Shown: positions 28,858-39,183, counted from the stretch's first letter. The stretch is DNA of 64,000 nt from Ignavibacteriales bacterium (GCA_037441705.1 JBBIRR010000006.1:34882-98881), one strand, 5' to 3'. The notes: generated from the letters alone by a model not told the origin. A program made the numbers and translations.

Positions 28858-29841
28858 GTGGTAGAAAAGAAGATTCGTCTGGATGGTGTTGACACATTCG
28901 GCCTGCTGGGGCTGAATGATGCGAATCTGCAAATTCTGGAAAACCGATTCGACGCCAACATTTTTGTACGCGGCGGCTCGCTCACTCTGCGCGGCACTCA
29001 GACCGAGGTGGAGCACATCGAGCGGGTGATCAAGGAACTGATTTTCCTCCTCAACAAAAACGGAACCCTCACCACGAACGACGTCGAGACCGTCATTGAT
29101 CTGGTGACAGCCAACGGCGACCCGGCACTTCCGAAGGCCGTGACGGCATCGCTCTCGCGCGAGGAACTTGACGCCGTCATCCTCTACACGAAGAATCAAA
29201 TCATTCGTGCCAAAACGCCGGGCCAGCGAGAATATCTGAAGGCGATGCGGAAGAACGACATTGTCTTTGCCGTCGGGCCTGCGGGTACGGGCAAGACGTA
29301 CATGGCAGTGGCGCTGGCCGTGGCGAGTTTGAAGAACAACGAGATCACCAAAATCGTCCTGACGCGACCCGCGGTCGAAGCGGGCGAGAGTTTGGGCTTT
29401 CTGCCCGGCGATCTGAAAGAGAAGATCGATCCGTATCTTCGTCCGCTCTACGACGCGCTGGATGACATGATTCCGGCCGAAAAGCTGCGAACGTATCTGG
29501 AGAAGCGTGTGATTGAGATTGCGCCCCTTGCGTACATGCGCGGCCGAACGCTCAACAATGCGTTCGTGATTCTCGATGAGGCGCAAAACGCATCGGCCAT
29601 GCAGATGAAGATGTTCCTCACGCGGCTCGGACCGAACTCACGCGCCATCGTCACCGGCGACGTGACGCAGATTGATCTGCCGACAAAATCCGCGTCCGGG
29701 CTCGTTCAGATTCAGGAAGTGTTGAAGGGGGTGGAGGGGATTGCTTTTGTGTACTTCGATCGGAACGATGTTGTTCGCCACCGCCTGGTGAAGGATATTA
29801 TTGATGCGTACGACAAGTACCAGAATGGGAAAACGACGTAG
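28858..29841 (+). CDS. phoH: PhoH-like ATPase (YbeZ type)
   Basis: GPAGTGKT, RPAVEAGE.LGFLPGD, PYLRPLYD, MRGRTL, DEAQN, GDVTQIDL, VVRH. Confidence 0.94.
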   Translation: MVEKKIRLDGVDTFGLLGLNDANLQILENRFDANIFVRGGSLTLRGTQTEVEHIERVIKELIFLLNKNGTLTTNDVETVIDLVTANGDPALPKAVTASLSREELDAVILYTKNQIIRAKTPGQREYLKAMRKNDIVFAVGPAGTGKTYMAVALAVASLKNNEITKIVLTRPAVEAGESLGFLPGDLKEKIDPYLRPLYDALDDMIPAEKLRTYLEKRVIEIAPLAYMRGRTLNNAFVILDEAQNASAMQMKMFLTRLGPNSRAIVTGDVTQIDLPTKSASGLVQIQEVLKGVEGIAFVYFDRNDVVRHRLVKDIIDAYDKYQNGKTT

Positions 29842-29856
29842 CGAATACGTTCGCGC

Positions 29857-30651
29857 TTAGCGCATCTTCTTTTTTCGCTTCGCTTTGTTCCAGAGGGCGT
29901 CCATTTCTTCGAGGGAAGAGTCGTGGACGCCCTTCCCTTTTTTTGCAAGCTCCTGCTCGATGTAGCGAAATCGTTTGGTAAACTTCTCAACGGTCCGCCG
30001 CAGGGCAGTTTCCGGCTCCACGCCGACGAAGCGGGCGTAGTTCACCAGAGCAAAGAGATAATCACCCAACTCCTCTTCCTTCGTGTCGTGCCGTCTGCGA
30101 AGCAGGGCGCGACGGAGTTCTTCGCCTTCCTCGCGCACTTTGTTCCACACCTCCCGCTCATGCTTCCAATCGAACCCGACGCGAGAAGCGCGTTCCTGCA
30201 CACGCAGCGCACGCTGCAGGGCAGGCAGGTGTTTGGGGATGCCGTCCAGCAGCGAGGCCCGCCCCTCGCGCATCTTCAACTGCTCCCAGTGCTGCTTGAC
30301 GTCGTGTGCGGTGTGTGCTCTGCGCGTTCCGAACACATGCGGATGCCGTCGTATCAGCTTGTCGGTGATGTCGTTGATGACGTCCTTCAGGGTGAATTCT
30401 TTCTCCTGCTCGGCGATCGTTGCGTGCATGGCGATGTGCAGCAGGAGATCGCCCAACTCCCGTCGCAGCTCCTCGAGGTTGTGTGTATCGAGCGCTTCGA
30501 TCACCTCGTATGCTTCTTCGATCAGGCTGTGGCGGATGGATTGGTGCGTTTGTTCGCGGTCCCACGGACACTCGCGGCGCAGCCGTCGTACAATCTGCAC
30601 GAAGCGCCTGAACTCTTTGAGCGGAATAGTGGGATAGGGGAACTTCTTCAC
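29857..30651 (-). CDS. mazG: nucleoside triphosphate pyrophosphohydrolase
   Basis: LRRECPWDREQTH, EEAYE, ELGDLL, RRHPHVF, GFDW, second EEELGD; GTG start with GGAG SD. Confidence 0.94.
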   Translation of the reverse strand: MKKFPYPTIPLKEFRRFVQIVRRLRRECPWDREQTHQSIRHSLIEEAYEVIEALDTHNLEELRRELGDLLLHIAMHATIAEQEKEFTLKDVINDITDKLIRRHPHVFGTRRAHTAHDVKQHWEQLKMREGRASLLDGIPKHLPALQRALRVQERASRVGFDWKHEREVWNKVREEGEELRRALLRRRHDTKEEELGDYLFALVNYARFVGVEPETALRRTVEKFTKRFRYIEQELAKKGKGVHDSSLEEMDALWNKAKRKKKMR

Positions 30652-30677
30652 GACTGCTCCTTCGGAATTTGGCTCAC

Positions 30678-30729
30678 AACTTAGAGAATTCACCTATGAG
30701 TTGCAACGCAGGGGGGCAATCTCTATATT
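30678..30729. promoter_or_regulatory. putative divergent promoter pair sharing one palindromic -35 hexamer
   Basis: TTGCAA 30701-30706; + strand TATATT 17 bp downstream (30724); - strand TAAGTT 17 bp downstream (30683-30678). Confidence 0.55.
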
Positions 30730-30793
30730 GCTGGCAGTTCGCTGCTGGTGTTCTGCGGCTCTCAACTGGAAAGCAGGAATCTCCGATCATCTC

Positions 30794-32491
30794 ATGAAAG
30801 CAAAAATCCTTGTTCCGATTCTCGTCACACTTGTTCTGCTTGCGGCCTTTCTCATGTACAATCGCCCGCGCGCTCGTCACGCACACATGCTGTTGATCAA
30901 CGGCGTGGTCTACACCATGAACGATGCGCAGCCGCTGGCGCAGGCGATTGCCATTGACGGCAGTACCATCGTCGGCGTCGGCACGAACGATGACATCCGG
31001 CGTTCGTTTACCGCGGATCGCATTCTTGACCTGAAGGGCAAGCCTGTCTATCCGGGTTTTACCGACGCGCATGCGCACATGGAAGGACTGGGTGCGTTTC
31101 TCGTCAACCTGAATCTCATGGAGACGCGTTCGGTGGAAGAGATTCAGCGCCTGGTGGCCGAGCGTGCAGCGGTGGTGCCAGCAGGCACATGGATACGCGG
31201 GCGAGCGTGGGATCAGAACAAATGGCCCCGCAAGGAGTGGCCGACACATCAGATGCTCGATGCGGTGACGATCGCCCATCCCGTGTATCTCAAGCGTGTG
31301 GATGGCCATGCGGCGTGGGTCAACAAAGAAGCTCTGGACATTGCGCGCATCACCAGGGATACGCCCGATCCCGAGGGCGGCAAGATCGTTCGTGATGCCC
31401 ACGGCGAGCCTACCGGCGTACTGATTGATAATGCGGTCGATCTTATCGAAGCGGTCATGCCCGCCCCCACCGAATCGGAGATGCGGGAGGCGATCGAGAA
31501 GGCTGCGCGCGAATGCGTGAAGGTGGGCCTCACCGAGGTCCACGATATGGGCGTTGAGTTGGAGATTCTCTCGATCTATAAGACTCTTCTTGCCGAGAAC
31601 AAGCTTCCGCTGCGTGTGTATGCAGTGCTTGCCGGTGTTGGCCCTGCATGGCACCGATACGCAGCGCAAGGTCCTGAGGTTGCAGCGAACAACGGCAAGC
31701 TCACCATCCGTGCGTTGAAGCTGTATGCCGATGGCGCGCTCGGTTCGCGCGGCGCTGCACTGATCGAGCCGTACACGGACGACCCGACGAATCGGGGTCT
31801 GACGCTCATCAGTGCAGATTCTCTTCGAAAGATCGCCGAGACTGCTCTCGCGAAAGGATTTCAGGTGTGCGTCCATGCCATCGGTGATCGCGCCAATCAC
31901 ATTGTGCTGAACGTCTTCGAGGATCTCTTCGGCAAAGATCCTGCAAAAATGAAGCAGGCGCGGTTCCGCATCGAACATGCTCAGGTGCTGGATGCAGCGG
32001 ATATTCCCCGCTTCGGCAGGATCGGTGTTATCGCGGCGATGCAGCCCACACACTGCACGTCGGATATGCCCTGGGTGGAGGATCGCTTGGGACCGGAACG
32101 AGCAAAAGGCGCCTACGTCTGGCGATCGTTACTCGAGTCGGGCGCGATGATAGCGGGCGGATCGGATTTTCCCGTCGAAAGTCCCAACCCGCTCTACGGG
32201 TTCTACGCGGCAATCACGCGGCAGGATCATGACGGCATGCCTCCGGGCGGCTGGCATCCCGAGCAGCGCATGGAGAGATTCGAGGCTCTCAAAGCCTTCA
32301 CCGTCTGGGCTGCGTATGCCGGATTCGAGGAGAACCTTCGCGGATCGATTGAAGACGGGAAGCTCGCCGACATCGTCGTTCTTTCTAACGACATCATGAA
32401 GTGCGAGCCGAAGGCCATCCTCTCCACGAGCGTCGAGTACACGATCGTGGGTGGGGAGATTGTGTACGCTGCAAGCGGTGCCCTTCCGTAA
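30794..32491 (+). CDS. amidohydrolase, YtcJ-like (Amidohydro_3), with N-terminal anchor
   Basis: PGFTDAHAH, RVDGH, KLYADGALGSR, HAIGD, RIEHAQ, GSDFPV. Confidence 0.92.
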   Translation: MKAKILVPILVTLVLLAAFLMYNRPRARHAHMLLINGVVYTMNDAQPLAQAIAIDGSTIVGVGTNDDIRRSFTADRILDLKGKPVYPGFTDAHAHMEGLGAFLVNLNLMETRSVEEIQRLVAERAAVVPAGTWIRGRAWDQNKWPRKEWPTHQMLDAVTIAHPVYLKRVDGHAAWVNKEALDIARITRDTPDPEGGKIVRDAHGEPTGVLIDNAVDLIEAVMPAPTESEMREAIEKAARECVKVGLTEVHDMGVELEILSIYKTLLAENKLPLRVYAVLAGVGPAWHRYAAQGPEVAANNGKLTIRALKLYADGALGSRGAALIEPYTDDPTNRGLTLISADSLRKIAETALAKGFQVCVHAIGDRANHIVLNVFEDLFGKDPAKMKQARFRIEHAQVLDAADIPRFGRIGVIAAMQPTHCTSDMPWVEDRLGPERAKGAYVWRSLLESGAMIAGGSDFPVESPNPLYGFYAAITRQDHDGMPPGGWHPEQRMERFEALKAFTVWAAYAGFEENLRGSIEDGKLADIVVLSNDIMKCEPKAILSTSVEYTIVGGEIVYAASGALP

Positions 32492-32504
32492 TCCCTGCAT
32501 CCTG

Positions 32505-33758
32505 ATGGCGGACGAGAAAGCGATCGAGCGCAGAAACTTCGTGCTGAATCTCCTTGAGGGAGCCTTCTACACGTCCTCGGGTCCGCTCATCTCGGCGCAG
32601 ACGGTATTGCCGGCGCTCGTCGTCAAGCTGGGCGGCAGCAATGTCGCCGTCGGGGCTGTCAGCGTTGTCATGTGGGTTGGATTGTTCCTTCCGCAGGTGT
32701 TTTCCGCGCGGTACGTGGAGACGCTGCCGTGGAAGAAACCGTGGGCGATCCGATTCGGTGCCGCGCAGCGTGTGATGGTCCTGCTTCTCTGCCTTTCGCT
32801 GTTCGCATTTGGCGAGAACCATCCCGCAACCGCGCTGCTGCTGTTCTTTATCTTCTACACCCTCAATCAGATTCTCCTGGGCGTAACGACGCCGGGGTGG
32901 TTCGACATGTTTGCGAAGATGACGCCAACGCGCAAGCGGGGCCGGCTTGTGGGGATTCGAAGTTCACTCGGCGGCGCGGGCGCGTTTTGTTGCGGTCTCA
33001 TTCTCACCTGGCTGCTGGCACACGTGGCTTTTCCGTACAACGTTGCCATCGCCGCAGCGCTTGCCTTTGTGCTTCAGGGTTTGTCGTTGCTTGTGCAGAC
33101 ATTCCTGATCGAGACTGAGCCAAGCCCGGTGGTAGACAGGCGTCTGCTCTTCGCGTACCTGCGTGAGCTGCCCCATGTGCTGAGAACGAACAAGGCGTTT
33201 GCCACGTTTCTCGTGGCAGCGATCTTTCAGGTGCTTGCTGCGACGCCGGCCGGGTTCTATACGGTGTATGCGCTGAGTGAATTTCAAGCGGATGAGATCG
33301 TTGTCGGGACGTTTACCCTGGCAATGGTTCTGGCGCAGGTTACTGCATCCTTCGGCATCGGTTTTCTTGCCGATAGATATGGAAACAAGCTCGCGTTAGT
33401 GATTGCTTCAGCAGCGCTGCTGTGCGCAAATGTCTGGTCGCTCCTGGCGCCTTCCGTCGGTTGGTTTCTGGCAGTGTATCTCTTTCTTGGCGTCAATCTC
33501 GGTACCGAAATCCTATCACGCTACAACCTTGCGGTCGAGTATGCGCCGCCGGCGCAGCGGTCAACCTATGTGGGCTTGATGAATACGCTGATTGCGCCGT
33601 TTTACCTCGCCGGCTTGATCGCCGGGGAAGTCAGTGACCACATCGGATACAGACCCGTGCTCGGGCTTGGAGTCCTTGCGTCACTCGTAGGGTTTTGGTT
33701 GATGACGCAACGCGTGCGGGATCCGCGTGCGCAGGAATTCACGATGCAGGCAGCATGA
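32505..33758 (+). CDS. MFS transporter
   Basis: about 12 TM segments; GFLADRYG; RGRLVG; RSTYVG. Confidence 0.88.
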   Translation: MADEKAIERRNFVLNLLEGAFYTSSGPLISAQTVLPALVVKLGGSNVAVGAVSVVMWVGLFLPQVFSARYVETLPWKKPWAIRFGAAQRVMVLLLCLSLFAFGENHPATALLLFFIFYTLNQILLGVTTPGWFDMFAKMTPTRKRGRLVGIRSSLGGAGAFCCGLILTWLLAHVAFPYNVAIAAALAFVLQGLSLLVQTFLIETEPSPVVDRRLLFAYLRELPHVLRTNKAFATFLVAAIFQVLAATPAGFYTVYALSEFQADEIVVGTFTLAMVLAQVTASFGIGFLADRYGNKLALVIASAALLCANVWSLLAPSVGWFLAVYLFLGVNLGTEILSRYNLAVEYAPPAQRSTYVGLMNTLIAPFYLAGLIAGEVSDHIGYRPVLGLGVLASLVGFWLMTQRVRDPRAQEFTMQAA

Positions 33759-33873
33759 AGCGCTACCCGCAAATGCAGCGTGAATTTAGTCACCGCGCGT
33801 CGCCTGTGGCTAACAACACACCGCATGATCCTTCTGCTCCGTACTTGTTACGCACACATGATGGGGGACATGT

Positions 33874-34329
33874 ATGCACGAAAAGATCAAGTCTGTCCAG
33901 GTTCGCTTTGCGACCTCCCAGAGCACACTCGAAACGTCTGCGGGTCACAGGGTTCGGACGATCACCGAACGAACGATCTGCGAATGGCTCGCCGCAAGAG
34001 GCATCGGCCACCGACATGCGAGCGATGTCTTCATCGTCAAAGGACCCGCGAGCGGTTCACCATCGCTTTTTGTTCCCGATATCATTCTCTCGGGGGCGGC
34101 CACCAAAGACGGAAAGGCAATCATCATCGAGACGGTGCACAGCTTTTCTCCGAAACGAGGAGGGCTACGAGTCTTCTCGGCGTTTTGCAAGCAGTATCGC
34201 GATCAGTTCTATACCATTCTCGTCGCGCGTAAAGCGAGCCTGACATCCGTCCCCCGCAGCACGTGTGATGCGCGGGTCGCATTGGAAGACCTCGACGCCC
34301 TTGAGAAAAAACTTTCCAAGCTGATCTAA
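33874..34329 (+). CDS. hypothetical protein, PD-(D/E)xK-like nuclease fold suspected
   Basis: G.RVRT..E..I..WL...GI...FVPDII...IIIE pattern; GGGGGA SD. Confidence 0.55.
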   Translation: MHEKIKSVQVRFATSQSTLETSAGHRVRTITERTICEWLAARGIGHRHASDVFIVKGPASGSPSLFVPDIILSGAATKDGKAIIIETVHSFSPKRGGLRVFSAFCKQYRDQFYTILVARKASLTSVPRSTCDARVALEDLDALEKKLSKLI

Positions 34330-34403
34330 CCATCTGCTTCCGAAAATCCGTCGCGTTCTTGCAGGAACCCGCGCGGCGCCGGCGTTTTTCTCTCTGCAAG
34401 CGA

Positions 34404-34432
34404 TTGCATTTGACTCACCTCCGGCATATATT
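34404..34432 (+). promoter_or_regulatory. putative sigma70 promoter of the prmC operon (almost leaderless)
   Basis: TTGCAT-17-TATATT ending 9 nt before the ATG at 34442; no SD. Confidence 0.55.
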
Positions 34433-34441
34433 GAAGCCGCT

Positions 34442-35332
34442 ATGCAACCGTCTGCTGCAACCCATTCCCTGCTCCGGCAGCGGTGGACAACGCTCTCACT
34501 TCTGCAATGGGCAGCGCGCTCTCTCGCCGATCGCGGTTTCGACGAGGCGCGCCTGCACGCGGAGCTGCTTCTCGCGTCCGTCCTTTCGTGCTCTCGCCTT
34601 CAGCTCTACACCCACTTCGACCGACCGATAACGGCGGACGAACTTGCCCGGTTCAAGACCCTGTTCAAGCGCAGGCTCGCACACGAACCGCTGCAGTACA
34701 TTCTCGGCGAAACGGAATTCATGGGGTTGCGCCTTGCCGTTGATCGGCGCGTCCTCATTCCCCGTCCGGAAACCGAACTCCTTGTGGAGCAAGCGTTGTT
34801 GAGGATGAGGGCGATGGACAAGCCGCACCTTCAGGTGCTCGATATCGGCACGGGATCGGGAAACATCGCGATCGCTGTGGCGACGTTCGAGCCGCGGGCA
34901 CACGTTACTGCCCTCGATGTGAGTGCCGAGGCGTTACAGCTTGCCGAATCCAATGCTCGCAGCAACGGCATCACTGCAATCGAATTCTGTCGCGCAAGTA
35001 TTCTTGATGACGTGCTTCCGGGCCGGACGTTTGATTTCATCATTTCCAATCCACCCTATATCTCACGCGAGGAATTTTCGCTTCTGCAACCCGAAGTACG
35101 CGACTACGAACCCCGGATCGCCACAACGGACGATGCCGACGGGCTGACGATCATTCGCCGTGTCGCCCAGCTTGCTGCGCGGAGCCTTCATGCCGGCGGC
35201 TTTCTGTTTCTCGAAATCGCCTACAATCAATCCACCGAAGCAAGAGAAGTGGTCGAGCGTGCGGGCTTGCACGACGTCCAGGTTGCGGCAGATTTTGCCG
35301 GGCATCCGCGAATCCTTTCTGCACGGAAGTGA
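34442..35332 (+). CDS. prmC: release factor glutamine methyltransferase
   Basis: EPLQYILG, VLIPRPETE, LDIGTGSG, SNPPY, YEP. Confidence 0.95.
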   Translation: MQPSAATHSLLRQRWTTLSLLQWAARSLADRGFDEARLHAELLLASVLSCSRLQLYTHFDRPITADELARFKTLFKRRLAHEPLQYILGETEFMGLRLAVDRRVLIPRPETELLVEQALLRMRAMDKPHLQVLDIGTGSGNIAIAVATFEPRAHVTALDVSAEALQLAESNARSNGITAIEFCRASILDDVLPGRTFDFIISNPPYISREEFSLLQPEVRDYEPRIATTDDADGLTIIRRVAQLAARSLHAGGFLFLEIAYNQSTEAREVVERAGLHDVQVAADFAGHPRILSARK

Positions 35333-35782
35333 ATGAGGGCAGTCGTTCAACGTGTCAGTGAGGCGAGCGTAACAATCAACGGTGCCCCACACGCGCAGAT
35401 CGGTCGGGGCTATGTGATCCTCCTCGGCATCAGAGCCGGCGACACTCCTGAAGCGGCTGTGTTTCTCGCCGAGAAGTGTGCTTCGCTGCGCGTGTTTGAG
35501 GATGAGGAAGGAAAAATGAACCTGAGCTTGAACGACGTCAACGGGCAGGTTCTTGTTGTCTCGCAGTTCACGCTGTACGGCAATGCACAGAAGGGCAATC
35601 GCCCGAGCTTCAGCGATGCGGCTCGCCCCGAAGAGGCGGAACCGCTTTACGATCTCTTCGTGCAGCGTATGAAGTCTCTGCTCGGTCCCGATCGTGTCGC
35701 GACGGGAATGTTCCGCGCCATGATGCAGGTGAAGCTCGTAAACGATGGTCCGGTGACGATTCTCATCGAGAGCAAATCATGA
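35333..35782 (+). CDS. dtd: D-aminoacyl-tRNA deacylase
   Basis: [31 protein letters not shown]. Confidence 0.97.
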   Translation: MRAVVQRVSEASVTINGAPHAQIGRGYVILLGIRAGDTPEAAVFLAEKCASLRVFEDEEGKMNLSLNDVNGQVLVVSQFTLYGNAQKGNRPSFSDAARPEEAEPLYDLFVQRMKSLLGPDRVATGMFRAMMQVKLVNDGPVTILIESKS

Positions 35783-36711
35783 AGGTGCTGATGCTGTTTC
35801 TGGACGGGGTGGGGATCGGTCCGGATGACCCCGGCGTCAATCCCTTTTTGCGTGCCAGACTGCCGGCACTCCGCTCGCTGTTCGATGGAGATGTGCCGAC
35901 CTTGACGCGCCCGCAGCTCGGCAACGGAACGGCATCGCTTGTGCCTCTGGATGCGACGCTCGGCGTGGAGGGCCTTCCTCAGAGCGGAACGGGACAGACG
36001 GCGCTTTTTACCGGCGTGAATGCTTCGCAGTTGATCGGAAAACATTTCGGCCCCTATCCCTATTCGTCTCTCCGTCCCATCATTCAGGAAAAAAACCTCC
36101 TCCGTCTGTTGATGAACGATGGTTTTTCGGTCTATTTCGCGAACGCCTACCCGCAAAAGTTCTTCGATTATTTTCGCGAACGAAAAACCCGACTGACCGT
36201 CACGACATTGTCATGCCACTATGTGGAGTTTCCTCTCCGGAGGTTCGAAGACCTGCAGAGCGGTCGCGCCGTCTCCGCCGACATCACCAATGCCGGTTGG
36301 CCGCGCATGGGTTACGCCATCGAGCCGATTCCGCCGGAGGAGGCGGGCAGAAGATTGGTCCGCCTGACGCACGAGTTTGACTTCGTTCTGTTCGAGTACT
36401 GGCGCACGGACAAAGCCGGTCACTCGGCGGATATGGCCGAAGCCATCGAGGCGCTCGAACTGTTCGATGGTATGCTGCGCGGCGTGTTGGAATCGTTGCA
36501 CGCCGATGATGCTCTTTTGCTTATCACGAGCGACCATGGCAACATCGAAGACCTGTCCGGCAAAATTCATACGCGGAACCCGGTACCGGCTATTCTCTAC
36601 GGTCGCCATCACCGAGCCGTTGCTGAAGCGCTCACTCGGGTACCCAATCTCACATCAGTAACGCCGACACTGCGGCACGTCCTGAGCGAACCCATCACTG
36701 CGTCGGGCTGA
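35779..36711 (+). CDS. alkaline-phosphatase-superfamily metalloenzyme (phosphoglycerate mutase-like)
   Basis: [33 protein letters not shown]. Confidence 0.82.
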   Translation: MKVLMLFLDGVGIGPDDPGVNPFLRARLPALRSLFDGDVPTLTRPQLGNGTASLVPLDATLGVEGLPQSGTGQTALFTGVNASQLIGKHFGPYPYSSLRPIIQEKNLLRLLMNDGFSVYFANAYPQKFFDYFRERKTRLTVTTLSCHYVEFPLRRFEDLQSGRAVSADITNAGWPRMGYAIEPIPPEEAGRRLVRLTHEFDFVLFEYWRTDKAGHSADMAEAIEALELFDGMLRGVLESLHADDALLLITSDHGNIEDLSGKIHTRNPVPAILYGRHHRAVAEALTRVPNLTSVTPTLRHVLSEPITASG

Positions 36712-36738
36712 TCCTGCCGCGCATTGCTCTACAACGAG

Positions 36739-39183
36739 ATGAGGCGATTGTCACTTCACACCGTTCCGGCGTTGGTGACAGGGGCACTCTTCGCCTGTGG
36801 CATCATCGGGGGCAAGCTTGCTGAGGATGCACCCGCTCTCCTCCTGGCGGCGAGCCTCGTTGTGCTCGCAGCAGGTTTCATCTCACTTACGAACCCTCAC
36901 AAGCGCGCCGCGCGGTTTCAGCCGTTTCTTTTCGTCGGCCTCCCCCTCGTTCTCGGTGCTCTCAAAGTCACCTTCGACTATTCGAACGTTCCGCGCGTGC
37001 CGGATGCGTTCATCAAGCGTCCCGTTACCGTCGTCGGCACTGTTCTCGATCTCTCCTTGCCAAGAGGGAACCGACGGCAGTTTGTGTTTCGATCGGACTC
37101 GCTGTTCTCAGCAGAGGGGCGCGTGGTTCCGATGCGAAGCTCGCTGTTGGTCACGCTAACGCAACAGCGGCGTGATAGCGCGGCGCTTCCGCTGCGCTAT
37201 GGGCAGCGCGTTGCTTTGCACGGACAAATGTATCGGCCATCGGAAGAAAGAAATCCGGGCGAGTTCAATGCACGCGCATACTACGACGCACAGGGCATAA
37301 CGTACCTGATGCGTGTTCGCGGGCAGTCCCATGTCGTTTTGCTCGACTCGAGTGTCCGAGGTGGGATGGGCGATTGGGTGATGCGCGAGATTGTCCTGTC
37401 GCTGCGGTTCTTCGTTGGTTCTGTGATCGATCGGACGATTGGAGGGGAGGAGGGGGAATTGTTGAAGGGAATCCTGATTGGTGAACGGGGCGGCATTCCG
37501 TACGCCACGCGTACGGCATTCGTGAACTCGGGGATTGCACATATTCTTGCGGTGTCGGGTTCGAACGTCGCCGTCGTCTATCTGTTCTTCACAACCCTTT
37601 TCGGATTGCTGCGCATCCCACGCACGAGGGCGATACTCCTGAACGCGCTCATGCTCATCCTCTACATGCTGCTGACCGGCAGCCAGCCGCCGATTGTGCG
37701 CGCTACGGTGATGGCGCTTGTTCTTCTGTCGGGCAAGCTGTATGGAGGAAAAGCAAACTCCCTGAACGCCGTCGGCGTGGCGGCGCTTATCATCCTCGCG
37801 TACGACGCCAGGCAGATGTTCGATGTCGGTTTCCAGCTTTCCTTTGCTGCCGTTGTGTCCATCGTGTACTTCTATCCTTCGCTCAACGCGCTGATTCTTA
37901 CGCAGCGCGGCCCGGCATTGTGGCGGCGCGCTCTCGTTCCCAGCCTGCAGATTTGTGCGATGACATTGGTGGCTACGCTCGGCACACTTCCGCTTACCGC
38001 CATCTACTTCGGCAAAGTTTCGGTTGTCGGCGTGTTCACCAACGTGGTTGTCCTTCCTCTCGTTGCCGCCTCCGTTACACTGGGGTTTGTGATGGTGTTG
38101 GTGGGATGGGCAGCACCGCTTGCGGAATCCTTTGGCGCTGCAAACGCCGTGCTCTTGCGTGCAATTCTGGGGATAGCCGACTTCAACGGCAGTCTCTCGT
38201 GGTCGTTTGTGGAAACGCTGCGCTTCAAGCCTGTGCATGCCGTGCCGCTGTATTTCGCGCTGCTGTGGCTCTTCCATTTTCGAGCACGAAAACTCTCACG
38301 CGTGTTCGTCGTTCTGCTCTTCTGCAGCCTGATCGCGGTTCTCGTGATGCCGGAAGCGAGGCTGGATGTGCTGCCCGCTGATCGGCTGCGGGTCAGTTTC
38401 ATTGATGTCGGGCAGGGAGACGCGGCCCTCATCGAATTCCCCGGCGGCCGCAGTATGCTGATTGATGCAGGTGCGTGGAGCGAGGAGTACGATGCGGGTG
38501 AGCAGATCGTCGTGCCCTTTCTGAAACGGCGCGGCATCGCCACGCTCGACTGGTTTGTTGCCTCTCATCCTCATGCCGATCACATCGGCGGCGCGGCGAG
38601 CGTGTTTGAATCGCTTGACGTACGTTCCGTGCTTGAAGGAGGGCCGGCAGTTCAGGACCCGGTGTACGTTCGCTACCGTCAGGCGATCGAAACGGAACGG
38701 TCCGCTGTGCTGAATGTGAGGCATGCCGACACCGCGCTGGCGGTGAACGGAGCGAAAGTGTATCTGCTCTACCCGCAGGTAAACAACCCGACGGGAGACT
38801 CGTCAGCGCCGTATGCCAACCTCAATAACATGTCGGTGGTGATGAAACTGGTTTTCGGCGAAACGTCGTTTTTGTTTGTGGGTGATTTGGAACGCGAGGG
38901 CGAGGCAGAACTCATCCGCAAGTTCGAGCCATTTCTTGCTTCGGATGTTCTGAAAGTCGGCCACCACGGAAGCAATACGAGTTCAACACCGGACTTGCTG
39001 GAACGTATCCGGCCGCGATACGCCATCATTTCCGTCGGTCGCAATAACAAATTCGGTCATCCGTCGGAAGAAGTGATTGACCGCTTCCAGACGATCGGAG
39101 CAGAAGTGTTGCGAACCGACGAGGAAGGGGCGATCGTATTTGAGTCGGATGGGAAAACGCTGGAGCGAATCATGTGGAGGTGA
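36739..39183 (+). CDS. comEC: competence protein ComEC/Rec2
   Basis: RNPGEF, HILAVSG, GFQLSF, DVGQGD, SHPHADH, KVGHHGS, FGHP. Confidence 0.94.
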   Translation: MRRLSLHTVPALVTGALFACGIIGGKLAEDAPALLLAASLVVLAAGFISLTNPHKRAARFQPFLFVGLPLVLGALKVTFDYSNVPRVPDAFIKRPVTVVGTVLDLSLPRGNRRQFVFRSDSLFSAEGRVVPMRSSLLVTLTQQRRDSAALPLRYGQRVALHGQMYRPSEERNPGEFNARAYYDAQGITYLMRVRGQSHVVLLDSSVRGGMGDWVMREIVLSLRFFVGSVIDRTIGGEEGELLKGILIGERGGIPYATRTAFVNSGIAHILAVSGSNVAVVYLFFTTLFGLLRIPRTRAILLNALMLILYMLLTGSQPPIVRATVMALVLLSGKLYGGKANSLNAVGVAALIILAYDARQMFDVGFQLSFAAVVSIVYFYPSLNALILTQRGPALWRRALVPSLQICAMTLVATLGTLPLTAIYFGKVSVVGVFTNVVVLPLVAASVTLGFVMVLVGWAAPLAESFGAANAVLLRAILGIADFNGSLSWSFVETLRFKPVHAVPLYFALLWLFHFRARKLSRVFVVLLFCSLIAVLVMPEARLDVLPADRLRVSFIDVGQGDAALIEFPGGRSMLIDAGAWSEEYDAGEQIVVPFLKRRGIATLDWFVASHPHADHIGGAASVFESLDVRSVLEGGPAVQDPVYVRYRQAIETERSAVLNVRHADTALAVNGAKVYLLYPQVNNPTGDSSAPYANLNNMSVVMKLVFGETSFLFVGDLEREGEAELIRKFEPFLASDVLKVGHHGSNTSSTPDLLERIRPRYAIISVGRNNKFGHPSEEVIDRFQTIGAEVLRTDEEGAIVFESDGKTLERIMWR

